Origin: Minisyncoccota bacterium
GTDB lineage: Bacteria; Patescibacteriota; Minisyncoccia; Phycocordibacterales; JBAZVT01
Length of the DNA stretch: 64,000 nucleotides
Assembly (NCBI GenBank): GCA_041660745.1
Contig: JBAZVT010000002.1
Coordinates: forward strand, 15,210 to 79,209
Reading direction: 5' to 3'
The stretch's first letter is position 1. Each line of letters opens with the position of its first letter. A program made the position numbers and the translations under genes. Under the pieces are notes generated by a model. The model worked only from the letters and a program-made list of their open reading frames with translations, was not told where the DNA came from and ran no database searches. Positions 19,820 through 29,637 of the stretch are shown in pieces.

Positions 19820-20097
19820 TGCATAGATTGCATGAAATAGACGACCACACTACGTGCATGCTTACTGATTGTGGTCCGTTCGCTGTCATAATGCCAATAT
19901 GAAAAAGCGGGCGATTTGAACCGATTCACAAAATGGTTTACAGATTCCGGATTTGTAGACAGGTAACACCACCACATCATCGGTTCTTTCATATCACGGG
20001 CTGTTAGTTGCTGAAGAGAATGAGGTATGGATAGGGCAGATAATGATCAACTGCTTCTGTCTACATACTGAAAACAAAGCGACTGGCAGCTTTTTTT
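19820..20097 (+). ncRNA. Candidate structured non-coding RNA (unassigned)
   Basis: TTGACT/TAGACT promoter, several nested stems with G-U pairs, terminal U7; no convincing ORF. Confidence 0.55.
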
Positions 20098-20125
20098 ATA
20101 CCTAAATTTCTGCTATTCTAACAAT

Positions 20126-21013
20126 ATGGATAAACTAGAAGAAGCACGACATAAAATACAGGCGATTGAGGACAGAATGGCAGATCCTTCTTTTTGGACC
20201 AGTAGGGATGTCGCTCAGGCAACAATTAAAGAGCTTGGGGAACTGAAGGCTTTTGTTGCTGGTGGTGGTAGGGGGAAATATGATGGTGGTAATGCAATCG
20301 TTACTATTTTTTCTGGTGCCGGTGGCGACGACGCAGAAGATTTTTCTCGCATTTTACTTGAGATGTATATGAAGTATGTTGATCATAAAAAGTGGTCAAT
20401 GAATTTTATCCACCAGAATGAAAATGATCACGGTGGGTATCGCAATGTTACCTTTGAAATAAAAGGTGCTGGTGCATATGGGATGCTAAAAAATGAATCC
20501 GGCGTGCATCGTCTCGTCCGCATTTCTCCATTTAACGCCAAGAAACTCCGCCACACATCTTTTTCTCTTGTGGAGGTTATCCCAGAATTTGAAAAAACAA
20601 CTGATTTAGAAATTCCCGATAAAGATTTGAAAGTTGAATTCTCTCGATCAGGTGGCCCGGGTGGGCAAAATGTGAACAAACGAGAAACCGCAGTTCGTAT
20701 TGTGCATATTCCGACCAATCTTTCTGCACACGCAACATCAGAACGTTCTCAGGCTCAGAACAAGGATAAAGCTCTTGCTATTCTGAAAGGTAAAATTTAT
20801 AAACGCTTGGAAGAGGAGCGTGTGGCGAAAGAGAAAGGGTCTTTTATTAGTAAGACAACTGATATTGAATGGGGAAGTCAGATTCGCTCATATGTTTTTC
20901 ATCCATACAAAATGGTGAAAGACCACAGAACAGATGTTGAAACTGCAAACGTTGAGGCTGTTTTAAACGGCGAAATCGAGGAATTTATTGCAGCAGAACA
21001 AAATTTAAATTAA
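20126..21013 (+). CDS. prfB: Peptide chain release factor 2 (short form, no frameshift)
   Basis: GVHRLVRISPF (SPF tripeptide), RHTSF, GGQ, WGSQIRSYV. Confidence 0.93.
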   Translation: MDKLEEARHKIQAIEDRMADPSFWTSRDVAQATIKELGELKAFVAGGGRGKYDGGNAIVTIFSGAGGDDAEDFSRILLEMYMKYVDHKKWSMNFIHQNENDHGGYRNVTFEIKGAGAYGMLKNESGVHRLVRISPFNAKKLRHTSFSLVEVIPEFEKTTDLEIPDKDLKVEFSRSGGPGGQNVNKRETAVRIVHIPTNLSAHATSERSQAQNKDKALAILKGKIYKRLEEERVAKEKGSFISKTTDIEWGSQIRSYVFHPYKMVKDHRTDVETANVEAVLNGEIEEFIAAEQNLN

Positions 21014-21110
21014 CTATCGCACAGGAGTGCGCCGTGATATAATATTCATACAGTTTTCAGGTTGACCTTCATTGTCGTATGTAATACTAACAGTTAACAC
21101 TCCCATGCCC

Positions 21111-21791
21111 ATGATATATTTTGATAAAGTAACAAAAATTTATCCTGATAATTCCGTCGCTTTGGAAGAAGTGACTTTTGCGATTGAGCCAAAAGAGTTT
21201 CTTACAGTTGTGGGGCATTCTGGCGCAGGGAAAACTACACTCATAAAGATGCTTCTTGCAGAAGAAAAGCCAACTAAAGGCGCTGTATTTTTCGAATCAA
21301 AAAATATCCACAAGTTGAAGAAAAAGGAAATTAACATGGTCCGTCGTCAGATTGGCGCTGTGTTTCAGGATTTTCGACTTTTGCCAAATAAAACTGTTTT
21401 TGAAAATATTGCTTTTGCGATGGAAGCGGCTGGCAGGACCGATGAAGAAATACAATCAGATGTTCCACATGTCTTGGAACTTGTAGATTTGGGTAATAAG
21501 ATTTGGAATTTCCCACATCAGTTATCTGGGGGTGAGAAACAAAGAGTGGCTATTGCACGTGCGATTGTCAATCAACCAGATATTTTGATTGCCGATGAAC
21601 CAACGGGAAATCTTGACCCAATTAATACCTTTGATATTGTTCAGATTTTTAAAAAAATAAACGAACTTGGTACGACAGTAATCCTCACTACACACAACAA
21701 AGGCGTCGTGGATTCTGTGGGGGGTAGGGTTATTACAATGGAAAATGGCAAAATAATACGTGACGATAAGAGCGGTAACTATGTTTTATAA
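21111..21791 (+). CDS. ftsE: Cell division ATP-binding protein FtsE
   Basis: GHSGAGKTT, VFQDFRLL, LSGGEKQR, ADEPTGNLDP; upstream of ftsX. Confidence 0.93.
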   Translation: MIYFDKVTKIYPDNSVALEEVTFAIEPKEFLTVVGHSGAGKTTLIKMLLAEEKPTKGAVFFESKNIHKLKKKEINMVRRQIGAVFQDFRLLPNKTVFENIAFAMEAAGRTDEEIQSDVPHVLELVDLGNKIWNFPHQLSGGEKQRVAIARAIVNQPDILIADEPTGNLDPINTFDIVQIFKKINELGTTVILTTHNKGVVDSVGGRVITMENGKIIRDDKSGNYVL

Positions 21792-21800
21792 TCAATCACT

Positions 21801-22727
21801 ATGTTAATCACAAAAATCAAACGAGTTGTACGGTCGGGATTTAATAGTTTTTGGAGAAATGGCTTTGTGTCTTTTGTTTCGGTTTTTGTGATGGTGGTTA
21901 CTCTTTTTGTAATTGCAGGCGTTGTCTTTTCTGGAGCGCTATTAAATTCCTCACTAGAACAGATTAGAAATAAAGTGGATATTAATGTGTATTTTGTTAC
22001 GAGTGCGGAAGAAGAAGACATTCTTGCATTCAAGAAGACTATAGATGTACTACCCCAGGTTCAGAGTTCAGAATATGTGGCAAAGGATAAGGCATTGGAT
22101 ATTTTTAAAGAAAGACATGGCAGTGATCAATCGATTCTTCAGGCGCTTGAAGAGCTTGGTGAAAATCCACTTCGTGCTCTTCTCACCATTAAAGCAAAGG
22201 ATCCTTCTCAATATGACAGCATTGCAAAATTTCTTCAAAGCGATGCTACTTTGTCACAGTCTGGTAGCAATATAGTAGACACAACAAACTATCCTGAAAA
22301 TCAGGTTGCTATCGAGAGACTTGCGAAGATAGTCAGTGCTGCGGACAAGCTTGGTTTTGCGCTCACACTTATTTTTGTAATATTATCTATTCTTGTCACG
22401 TTTAGCACTATCCAGCTTGTTATCCATTCAGCCAAGGACGAGATTGCTGTTATGCGGCTTATGGGGGCAAGTTCTAAGTATATTCGTGGTCCGTTTGTTG
22501 TTGGGGGAATTATGTATGGTTTAATCGCCGGAATTCTTACGCTCGGTCTGTTGTATCCAATAACATTATACGTTGGACCGTTCACAGAAGACTTCTTTGT
22601 CGGTATTAATTTGTTTACATACTTTATGGCTAACTTTTGGCAGCTTTGTCTCATTGTTCTGGGTTCGGGTGTAATTATCGGTTCAATATCAAGTTACATG
22701 GCGGTAAGAAAACATTTGAAAGTGTAA
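21801..22727 (+). CDS. ftsX: Cell division permease FtsX
   Basis: Four-TM topology, ENPL, EIAVMRLMGAS..YIRGPF. Confidence 0.92.
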   Translation: MLITKIKRVVRSGFNSFWRNGFVSFVSVFVMVVTLFVIAGVVFSGALLNSSLEQIRNKVDINVYFVTSAEEEDILAFKKTIDVLPQVQSSEYVAKDKALDIFKERHGSDQSILQALEELGENPLRALLTIKAKDPSQYDSIAKFLQSDATLSQSGSNIVDTTNYPENQVAIERLAKIVSAADKLGFALTLIFVILSILVTFSTIQLVIHSAKDEIAVMRLMGASSKYIRGPFVVGGIMYGLIAGILTLGLLYPITLYVGPFTEDFFVGINLFTYFMANFWQLCLIVLGSGVIIGSISSYMAVRKHLKV

Positions 22728-22901
22728 GAATTTAATAAAAAGTAGCATGTCAAAGAAAGAAAAGAAGCTCTGCCTGTAGGCGGGGCTTCTTTTCTTTCTT
22801 TGTGTCCTGTGTTCGGATGAGTTTTTCATGTGGACACTCATGTAAAAGGGTATATAATTTGTTAGTACAAGTTAGCAACTTATTAGTTCGCTCTAAAAAT
22901 A

Positions 22902-24551
22902 ATGGTCAAGAAAAATCACAAGTATATTTTCGTGGTTGGTGGTGTTATGTCTGGTGTTGGCAAGGGTATAGCTTCTTCTTCTATTGGAGCCATTTTGAAA
23001 GCTCGTGGTTTTGTGGTCACAGCCATTAAAATTGATCCATACATCAACGTGGATGCGGGTACAATGAACCCTACAGAACATGGTGAAGTGTTTGTGTTGG
23101 CTGATGGTGATGAATGCGATCAGGATATGGGAAATTACGAGCGTTTCCTCAATATCACGCTCTCAAGGTCAAATTACATGACCACCGGACGTGTGTATCA
23201 GGAGGTGATTCGTCAGGAGAGAAATCTAGAGTTTAAAGGCAAGAATGTGGAGGTTGTTCCCGATATTCCTCTAGAAGTTATTCGTCGTATCAAAAAAGCT
23301 TCTGATGAAGCGCAGTCAGATATTACAATTATAGAAATTGGTGGAACTATTGGAGAATATCAAAACATCATTTTTCTTGAAGCCGCTCGTATGTTGAGGA
23401 TAGAAAACCCAGACGATGTTGCAATTGTGATGGTGAGTTATCTTCCTATACCATCGAAGATTGGAGAAATGAAAACCAAGCCGACACAGTATGCCGCTCG
23501 TACACTGAACGGTGTTGGACTTCAGGCTGATGTTATTATTGCACGTAGTCAGGTACCACTTGATCAGAAGCGAAAAGATAAGATTGCTATGTTCTGTAAT
23601 ATAAAGGCAGATCATGTTATCTCTGCACCGGACGCAGAAAGTATTTATGATATCCCTGTTAATTTTGAGCGTGATCACCTCGGTTCTATATTGTCTAACA
23701 TTTTGAAATTACCGAATGGTTTTCCAACAGATTTTTCTAAATGGAAAGCTTTTATTAGAAAGTCTAAGAACACAAAGAAAGAAGTTAAAATCGGTGTTGT
23801 GGGAAAATATTTTGACTCAGGGGACTTTGTCCTTTCGGATGTATACATATCTGTTCTTGAGGCATTAAAAATATCTGCTTATTCTGTCGGTGCAAAACCA
23901 AAAATATCGTGTATTAGTTCAAAAAAGTTTGAGGGTGCTGCCGGGAAAAAGAAGCTTGCGGAACTTGCTGGGTATGATGGTATTATCGTCCCTGGCGGTT
24001 TTGGTTCAACGGGTATAGAAGGTATTATCAATACCATACAATATTGTCGAGAGAAGAAGATTCCGTATTTTGGTCTTTGTTATGGTATGCAGCTTGCCGT
24101 TATAGAATATTCACGAAATGTTGTGGGTTGGAAAGATGCTCATACTGCCGAGATTAATCCCGCATCAAAACATGTGGTGATTGATATTATGCCAGAACAG
24201 AAAAAGATTATTGCAGAAGGCAATTACGGAGCCACAATGCGTCTCGGAGAATATCCAGCTGTTTTAAAGAAAGGATCAATTGCAGAAAAAGCATACAAAG
24301 CAACTGAGATTTCAGAACGACACCGTCATCGTTATGAAGTGAACCCTGTCTTTATCCCAGAAATAGAGAAGGCGGGTTTAGTATTTTCTGGTAGATCGCC
24401 AAGCGGTGTTCTTATGGAGGTTGCAGAACTTCCACGAGACATACATCCATTCTTTCTTGGTACCCAGTATCATCCGGAATTCAAAGCTCATCCGCTCAAC
24501 CCACATCCATTGTTTACGGAGTTCATAAAAGCAAGTTTAAAGAATAAATAA
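22902..24551 (+). CDS. pyrG: CTP synthase
   Basis: GGVMSGVGKG, KIDPYINVDAGTMNP, KTKPTQ, GLCYGMQ, RHRHRYE, QYHPEF. Confidence 0.97.
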   Translation: MVKKNHKYIFVVGGVMSGVGKGIASSSIGAILKARGFVVTAIKIDPYINVDAGTMNPTEHGEVFVLADGDECDQDMGNYERFLNITLSRSNYMTTGRVYQEVIRQERNLEFKGKNVEVVPDIPLEVIRRIKKASDEAQSDITIIEIGGTIGEYQNIIFLEAARMLRIENPDDVAIVMVSYLPIPSKIGEMKTKPTQYAARTLNGVGLQADVIIARSQVPLDQKRKDKIAMFCNIKADHVISAPDAESIYDIPVNFERDHLGSILSNILKLPNGFPTDFSKWKAFIRKSKNTKKEVKIGVVGKYFDSGDFVLSDVYISVLEALKISAYSVGAKPKISCISSKKFEGAAGKKKLAELAGYDGIIVPGGFGSTGIEGIINTIQYCREKKIPYFGLCYGMQLAVIEYSRNVVGWKDAHTAEINPASKHVVIDIMPEQKKIIAEGNYGATMRLGEYPAVLKKGSIAEKAYKATEISERHRHRYEVNPVFIPEIEKAGLVFSGRSPSGVLMEVAELPRDIHPFFLGTQYHPEFKAHPLNPHPLFTEFIKASLKNK

Positions 24552-24632
24552 TTAAAAAATTCAGAAGACACCTCAGGAATGGGGTGTTTTTTGTATCTTA
24601 TTAGTCTTAGATTAGATATACTTACACATAGT

Positions 24633-25502
24633 ATGGAAGGAATATTATTGGCATTTGGAGCGATGTTGTGTTGGGGGATGGGAGATTTTTTCATTCAACG
24701 AACCACACGAAAACTTGGCGACTGGGAGGCGCTTTTCTTTATTTCAATCATTGGATTTTTTGTCGTGCTTCCGTTTGTGGTAAATGATATGCGTAGTATA
24801 GTTTCTGAGATTTCTGTGCGGGATCTGCCTGTTCTTGCTATTGCATGTGTGGCAATACTCATTGCTGCTATTTTTAATTTTGAGACCCTTAAGAAGGGGA
24901 AACTTGCAATTGTAGAACCTATTCAGTCTCTTGAAATTCCTACAGCGGGCATTCTTGCCTTTTTCTTTTTGCAAGAAACAATTTCTTTTCCGCAGTTTAC
25001 TTTTGTTGCTTTGCTCATGGTTGGGTTGATACTTGTTTCTTTTAAGGGTGGAACATTTTCTAAGAAATTGCTACTTGAAAAAGGCGTGCGCATCGGTATT
25101 ATATCGGCGATTATTATGGGAGCCGCAAATTTCTTTATTGGATGGGGAGCTCGCATTTCAAATCCATTAATTATCAATTTAATTACAGATGCTTTTATGG
25201 TTATCGGTTCTGGGATCTATCTAATATTTTCAGGTAAAGTTTCCTCTTTAGCACAAGATTTCCGAAATAATTTTAGTTTGCTCATTGCTATGGGTCTCGC
25301 AGATAAAATGGCATGGGTGGCTTTTGCCTTTGCGATGGTTCTATCACCTATGGCTGTTGCTGGTGCAATTTCTGAAAGTTATATATTGATTGCTATTGTC
25401 TTGGGTGTGGTTATTAACAAAGAAAAAATACGCCCCCATCAGGCGATTGGACTTGTCTGTGCTGTGGCAGCTGCAATAATTCTAGCGGCTACTATTGCAT
25501 AA
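24633..25502 (+). CDS. DMT/EamA-family transporter
   Basis: About 10 TM helices in two repeats. Confidence 0.82.
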   Translation: MEGILLAFGAMLCWGMGDFFIQRTTRKLGDWEALFFISIIGFFVVLPFVVNDMRSIVSEISVRDLPVLAIACVAILIAAIFNFETLKKGKLAIVEPIQSLEIPTAGILAFFFLQETISFPQFTFVALLMVGLILVSFKGGTFSKKLLLEKGVRIGIISAIIMGAANFFIGWGARISNPLIINLITDAFMVIGSGIYLIFSGKVSSLAQDFRNNFSLLIAMGLADKMAWVAFAFAMVLSPMAVAGAISESYILIAIVLGVVINKEKIRPHQAIGLVCAVAAAIILAATIA

Positions 25503-25543
25503 GTTTGTGGTCTGCGGAGATAGAAATAGGGAATTTTTTATAA

Positions 25544-25951
25544 TTATTTTTTCTTTTTTTCCTCAAACTCCAAGCATGTAGAATTTACACAATATCTTTT
25601 TCCACCCAGTGTTGGTCCGTCATTAAAAATATGTCCTAGATGTGATCCACAAAACGCGCAGGATACTTCTATTCGTTCCATACCATTTGAAGCATCCCTT
25701 GTGTATCTCACAGCTCCTTGGATTGCTTGGCTGAAGCTTGGCCAACCAGTGCCAGAATCAAATTTTACATCAGAAGTAAAAAGGGGACTACCACACGCAC
25801 TACAGGCATACATCCCATCTCGTTTTTCGGTAAGGAGTTTACCGGTAAAAGGTTTTTCAGTACCTTTTTCACGCATGATGGCATACTGTTCTGGTGTCAG
25901 TACATGTTTCCATCCACGTTCTCTTTTGGGTATATCATTATGTTTTTTCAT
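25544..25951 (-). CDS. msrB: Peptide-methionine (R)-S-oxide reductase
   Basis: KFDSGTGWPSF, HLGHIFNDGP, RYCVNS, two CxxC motifs. Confidence 0.95.
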   Translation of the reverse strand: MKKHNDIPKRERGWKHVLTPEQYAIMREKGTEKPFTGKLLTEKRDGMYACSACGSPLFTSDVKFDSGTGWPSFSQAIQGAVRYTRDASNGMERIEVSCAFCGSHLGHIFNDGPTLGGKRYCVNSTCLEFEEKKKK

Positions 25952-26481
25952 TGTAATAATTTTGCAAATTTTTTCTGTATTTTTTCAAGTTTTGGATTTA
26001 TCACAATCTGACAATATGCTGATTCGGGATGTTTAAGAAAATATTCTTTATGTTCTGCTTCTGCTTCGTAAAACATTGTTAACGGTTTGATTTCGGTAAT
26101 TATCTTGTCCAAATTTGGGGTTTCTTTTTGAAGTTTGTGTGTGTATTTTTCAGCCTCCTTCCTTTGCTGGTCCAACGTATAATAAATAACAGAACGATAC
26201 TGAGTTCCCACGTCATTGCCTTGACGGTTAAGAGTTGTCGGATCGTGTGATGCAAAAAATACTGTCAGTAGATTACGAAAAGATATTTTCTGTGGATCGT
26301 ATTCTACCCGAACAACTTCTGCATGACCTGTATTTCCAGTGCAGACGTTTTCATAAACTGGAAAGGCTGTGGTGCCTCCGGCATATCCAGGTGTGATAGA
26401 TATAACACCTGGAACAATTTTGAAAACTGCTTCAATGCACCAGAAGCAACCTCCTCCTAAAATAACTGTTTCTGTTTTCAT
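25948..26481 (-). CDS. msrA: Peptide-methionine (S)-S-oxide reductase
   Basis: GGCFWC, GHAEVV, HDPTTLNRQGNDVGTQYRS. Confidence 0.95.
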   Translation of the reverse strand: MKTETVILGGGCFWCIEAVFKIVPGVISITPGYAGGTTAFPVYENVCTGNTGHAEVVRVEYDPQKISFRNLLTVFFASHDPTTLNRQGNDVGTQYRSVIYYTLDQQRKEAEKYTHKLQKETPNLDKIITEIKPLTMFYEAEAEHKEYFLKHPESAYCQIVINPKLEKIQKKFAKLLQ

Positions 26482-26635
26482 GAACATAATATTGTGCTTT
26501 GCATATGAAACTTTGATGTGAGGGTTGAACAGGAAAAGCATTTTGACATTAAGAAATGCTAAATGTCATCTATCTGTGTTACACTGACTTTGGATTCAAA
26601 CACAACAAAAATAACCCCCTGAAAGGAGGGATACC

Positions 26636-27745
26636 GTGAGTACATTGCCAAGATTGAAGATTAAGAATTTCGAGATTGAGATACCTGTTTTTCAAGGTGG
26701 AATGGGTGTTGGAGTTTCTCTTGATCCACTTGCGGGGGCGGTTTCCTGGCGGGGTGGATTGGGAATAATTTCAAGTGCCGGTTTGCGGCATATTGTTTCC
26801 GCTCGTTGTGGAAAGGAATACGACACCTATAATGCTACGCGCGCCATGATACATTGGACCCAAATACTTGCAGGAGGCAAGCCCGTTGGTATCAATGTGA
26901 TGTGTGCTGTTGTTCGGGATTACGAGGACACCATCCGCGCTGCGATTGATGCTGGCGTAGATGCCATTATCTCTGGTGCGGGTGTGCCAATGAGCCTTCC
27001 TGAAATACAGAATCCTGGGAAGACTGCTCTTATCCCGATTGTTTCCTCGGCACGGTGTCTTGAACTTATCTGTCGCCGTTGGGCGAGGGTGGGATATCGT
27101 CCAGACGCAGTGGTACTGGAGGGTCCTCTTGCGGGAGGGCACTTGGGATTCAAATACGGTGAAATCGGGAAACTGGAACATCAGCTTGAACAGTTACTTC
27201 CTCAAGTTTTGGAGGCAGCTTCTCGGTACGGTGGGTTTCCTGTCATTGTGGCGGGTGGAATCTATACACATGAAGACATTGTCTCGTTCCTTTCACAAGG
27301 AGCGGCGGGTGTTCAAATGGGGACAAGATTCCTTGCGACTGAGGAGAGTTCTGCAACAATGGCATTCAAACAAGCTGTCGTTGCATCAACCAAGGCGGAC
27401 ATCAAGGTTCTTGCCCATCCACAAAATAGTCCGGCTTCTCCATGTGGTATGCCGTTTCGAGTTCTTACTACTTCGCCGGGGTTGCAAAAACTTCGTGCAG
27501 CTAAGTGCGATCTTGGTTTCTTGCTTAGACGTGATGCAGGTGGTCATCTCACTGCATGCCAGGCAAAGCCTGGGAATCCGCAGTCTGGTGAGTACTTGTG
27601 CATCTGCAATGCCCTTATGTCTGCGGCTGGGTATGTCCCGACCCAATTACCTGTGTATACAGTCGGCAGCAATGCTTGGCGTGTGAACAAGATTCTTTCG
27701 GTTAAGGATCTCATGGCAAGGTTGTGTGGAGATGTTCCTGAGTGA
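26636..27745 (+). CDS. Nitronate monooxygenase / FabK-like flavoprotein
   Basis: QGGMGVG, EGPLAGGHLG, AGGI, GVQMGTRF, YLCICNAL; GTG start with GGAGG SD. Confidence 0.88.
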   Translation: MSTLPRLKIKNFEIEIPVFQGGMGVGVSLDPLAGAVSWRGGLGIISSAGLRHIVSARCGKEYDTYNATRAMIHWTQILAGGKPVGINVMCAVVRDYEDTIRAAIDAGVDAIISGAGVPMSLPEIQNPGKTALIPIVSSARCLELICRRWARVGYRPDAVVLEGPLAGGHLGFKYGEIGKLEHQLEQLLPQVLEAASRYGGFPVIVAGGIYTHEDIVSFLSQGAAGVQMGTRFLATEESSATMAFKQAVVASTKADIKVLAHPQNSPASPCGMPFRVLTTSPGLQKLRAAKCDLGFLLRRDAGGHLTACQAKPGNPQSGEYLCICNALMSAAGYVPTQLPVYTVGSNAWRVNKILSVKDLMARLCGDVPE

Positions 27746-27801
27746 TAGTGAAGCGAAAGCGACGGGTCTGCAGTAGCAGACCCGTCGCTATTTTTGTATC
27801 T

Positions 27802-27896
27802 TGTCATCCTCGCGACAGCAGTAGTCGATACCACTCCCGGGTATCAGGTGCTCTAGCCACCCGCGAGCGGTGGACGACCCATTCGCGGGAATGACA
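27802..27896. repeat. REP-like element TGTCATCCTCGCG...GGGAATGACA, copy 1
   Basis: Terminal inverted repeats shared with 40054-40218; lies between convergent genes. Confidence 0.7.
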
Positions 27897-27932
27897 GACC
27901 TTTAGGGGCTACAAGGCTAAACCTCTGTATTT

Positions 27933-28679
27933 CTATAACTCAATCTTTGAGAATTGATACATGCCGACAAGTACCATGACGATGAGTACTCCGACAAGAA
28001 CACTAAAATTTGTTAATGATGAAAAATGTTGTACTCCTGATAGCGCACCCCGTAGTCCATCCACGCCATATGTGAGTGGGTTGGCGCGTGTAATGGCTGT
28101 TAGGAAGCCCGGAATGCCTGTGATAGGAAATAATGCCCCTGAGAGGTAGAAGAGGGGTTGAATCACAAAGTTGATGATGAGCGGGAATCCTTGCATGTCA
28201 TCCAGTCTCGCTGCGATTGCTACACCTACGGAAGAAAATATGAGTGCCATGAGAACCAAGAAAACAAATGCAAGTGGTAGGGTGTATATATTGTACACCC
28301 GGTATCCGACGAGGAAGGTGATAAAAAATACCAGTACTCCCTGGATAATTGCTACAGTTGCTCCCGCGAATATTTTGCCGATTAATATTTCAAAACGGGA
28401 GACGGGGGCAACAAAAGTTTCTTTTAAAAAACCAAATTGTTTGTCCCAAATAATTTCCACGCCAGTGAATATTGAAGTAAATAAAACTGTCATGGCAATG
28501 ATGCCTGGTGAAAGGAATTGTATGTAGTTGCCCTGTCCCGCACGTGCAAAAATGGGACTCAGTCCTAATCCAAACGCCACTAGGAAAATAAGGGGTTGAC
28601 CCAACGCGCCCACCAGACTCGCTTTTTTGCGGATAAATCTTTTGAGTTGTCTAAGCCATAAAATATAGATAGTTCTCAT
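27933..28679 (-). CDS. ABC-2 type exporter permease
   Basis: PGIIAM, DKQFGFLKETFVAPVSR, LSGALFP, NPLTYGVDGLR. Confidence 0.9.
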   Translation of the reverse strand: MRTIYILWLRQLKRFIRKKASLVGALGQPLIFLVAFGLGLSPIFARAGQGNYIQFLSPGIIAMTVLFTSIFTGVEIIWDKQFGFLKETFVAPVSRFEILIGKIFAGATVAIIQGVLVFFITFLVGYRVYNIYTLPLAFVFLVLMALIFSSVGVAIAARLDDMQGFPLIINFVIQPLFYLSGALFPITGIPGFLTAITRANPLTYGVDGLRGALSGVQHFSSLTNFSVLVGVLIVMVLVGMYQFSKIEL

Positions 28680-28689
28680 GAGGTTTTTG

Positions 28690-29472
28690 TTACATTAGTT
28701 TACTGCTCGTCCTCATTAAATTCTTGCTGACGTTGCCAGCTTCATCTCTAATTTCGTGTCCTGTAAGTGATATGAAGGCATCCTCAAGATTTTTAGCCCC
28801 AGCTTTTGCGCGAATTTCTTCTGGGGTCCCTTGTTCAATAATTTTTCCATGATCAATAATGGCGATTCTGTCTGCATAGCGCTCCACCTCTTCCATGTGG
28901 TGGGTGGTGAAAAATACAGTGACCTTTTCTTTTTTATTCAGGTCGCGAATGTAGTTCCAAATATGATTTCTCGTCTGTGGGTCCAGTCCGATTGTGGGTT
29001 CGTCTAAAAACAATACTTTCGGTAAATGAAGTAGTCCGCGAGCTATTTCTAAACGGCGTTTCATTCCTCCGGAAAAATTTTTTACAAAAGCATCCTTTCT
29101 ATCAGTCAGTTCAACAAGTGCCAAAAGGGTATTGATACGCTCTTTGTAAGAACCTTTCGGTAATCCATAGAGAATTGCATGTAATTGCATGTTCTCAAAT
29201 GCTGTTAGTTCGTTGTCGAGGCTTGGATCTTGGAAAACAATACCAAACGATTTTCGGGTTTTGTGTGGGTCTTCAGTTACATTGTGTCCATCCAAACAAA
29301 TCTCTCCAGAGGTTGGATGTGAGAGCGTGGTGAGCATTTTTATTGTTGTGGTTTTACCTGCACCGTTGGGTCCGAGGAACGCGAAAATTTCTCCTTGTTT
29401 AACGCGAAGGGAAATATTATCAACGGCGGTAAAATTTCCAAATTTTTTTGTAACGTTTTTTATCTCAATCAT
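28690..29472 (-). CDS. ABC exporter ATP-binding protein (DrrA-like)
   Basis: GPNGAGKTT, FSGGMKRRLEIA, LDEPTIGLDP. Confidence 0.92.
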   Translation of the reverse strand: MIEIKNVTKKFGNFTAVDNISLRVKQGEIFAFLGPNGAGKTTTIKMLTTLSHPTSGEICLDGHNVTEDPHKTRKSFGIVFQDPSLDNELTAFENMQLHAILYGLPKGSYKERINTLLALVELTDRKDAFVKNFSGGMKRRLEIARGLLHLPKVLFLDEPTIGLDPQTRNHIWNYIRDLNKKEKVTVFFTTHHMEEVERYADRIAIIDHGKIIEQGTPEEIRAKAGAKNLEDAFISLTGHEIRDEAGNVSKNLMRTSSKLM

Positions 29473-29521
29473 GAAAAGAATTATATCAACGAGGGTATGT
29501 GATAAATATGAACGATTTGTA

Positions 29522-29630
29522 TTCCGAGGACCACCTTCGGTATTTAGCCGAAGGCAGTCCTCGAAACACAATATTTTTTGAATCCCTGGGTTAAACCTCA
29601 GGCAACTTGCCTGAGGTTTAACCTAGGGAT
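29522..29630. repeat. Two adjacent REP-like palindromes / terminators
   Basis: CGAGGAC-CACCTTCGG..CCGAAGGC-AGTCCTCG and ATCCCTGGGTTAAACCTCAGGCAA-C-TTGCCTGAGGTTTAACCTAGGGAT. Confidence 0.65.
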
Positions 29631-29637
29631 ACTTTTA

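Noticed and set aside
27039-27686. 215-aa alternative-frame ORF within the nitronate monooxygenase gene
   Set aside because: Same-strand overlap with a well-supported gene in a GC-richer region; no recognisable motifs.
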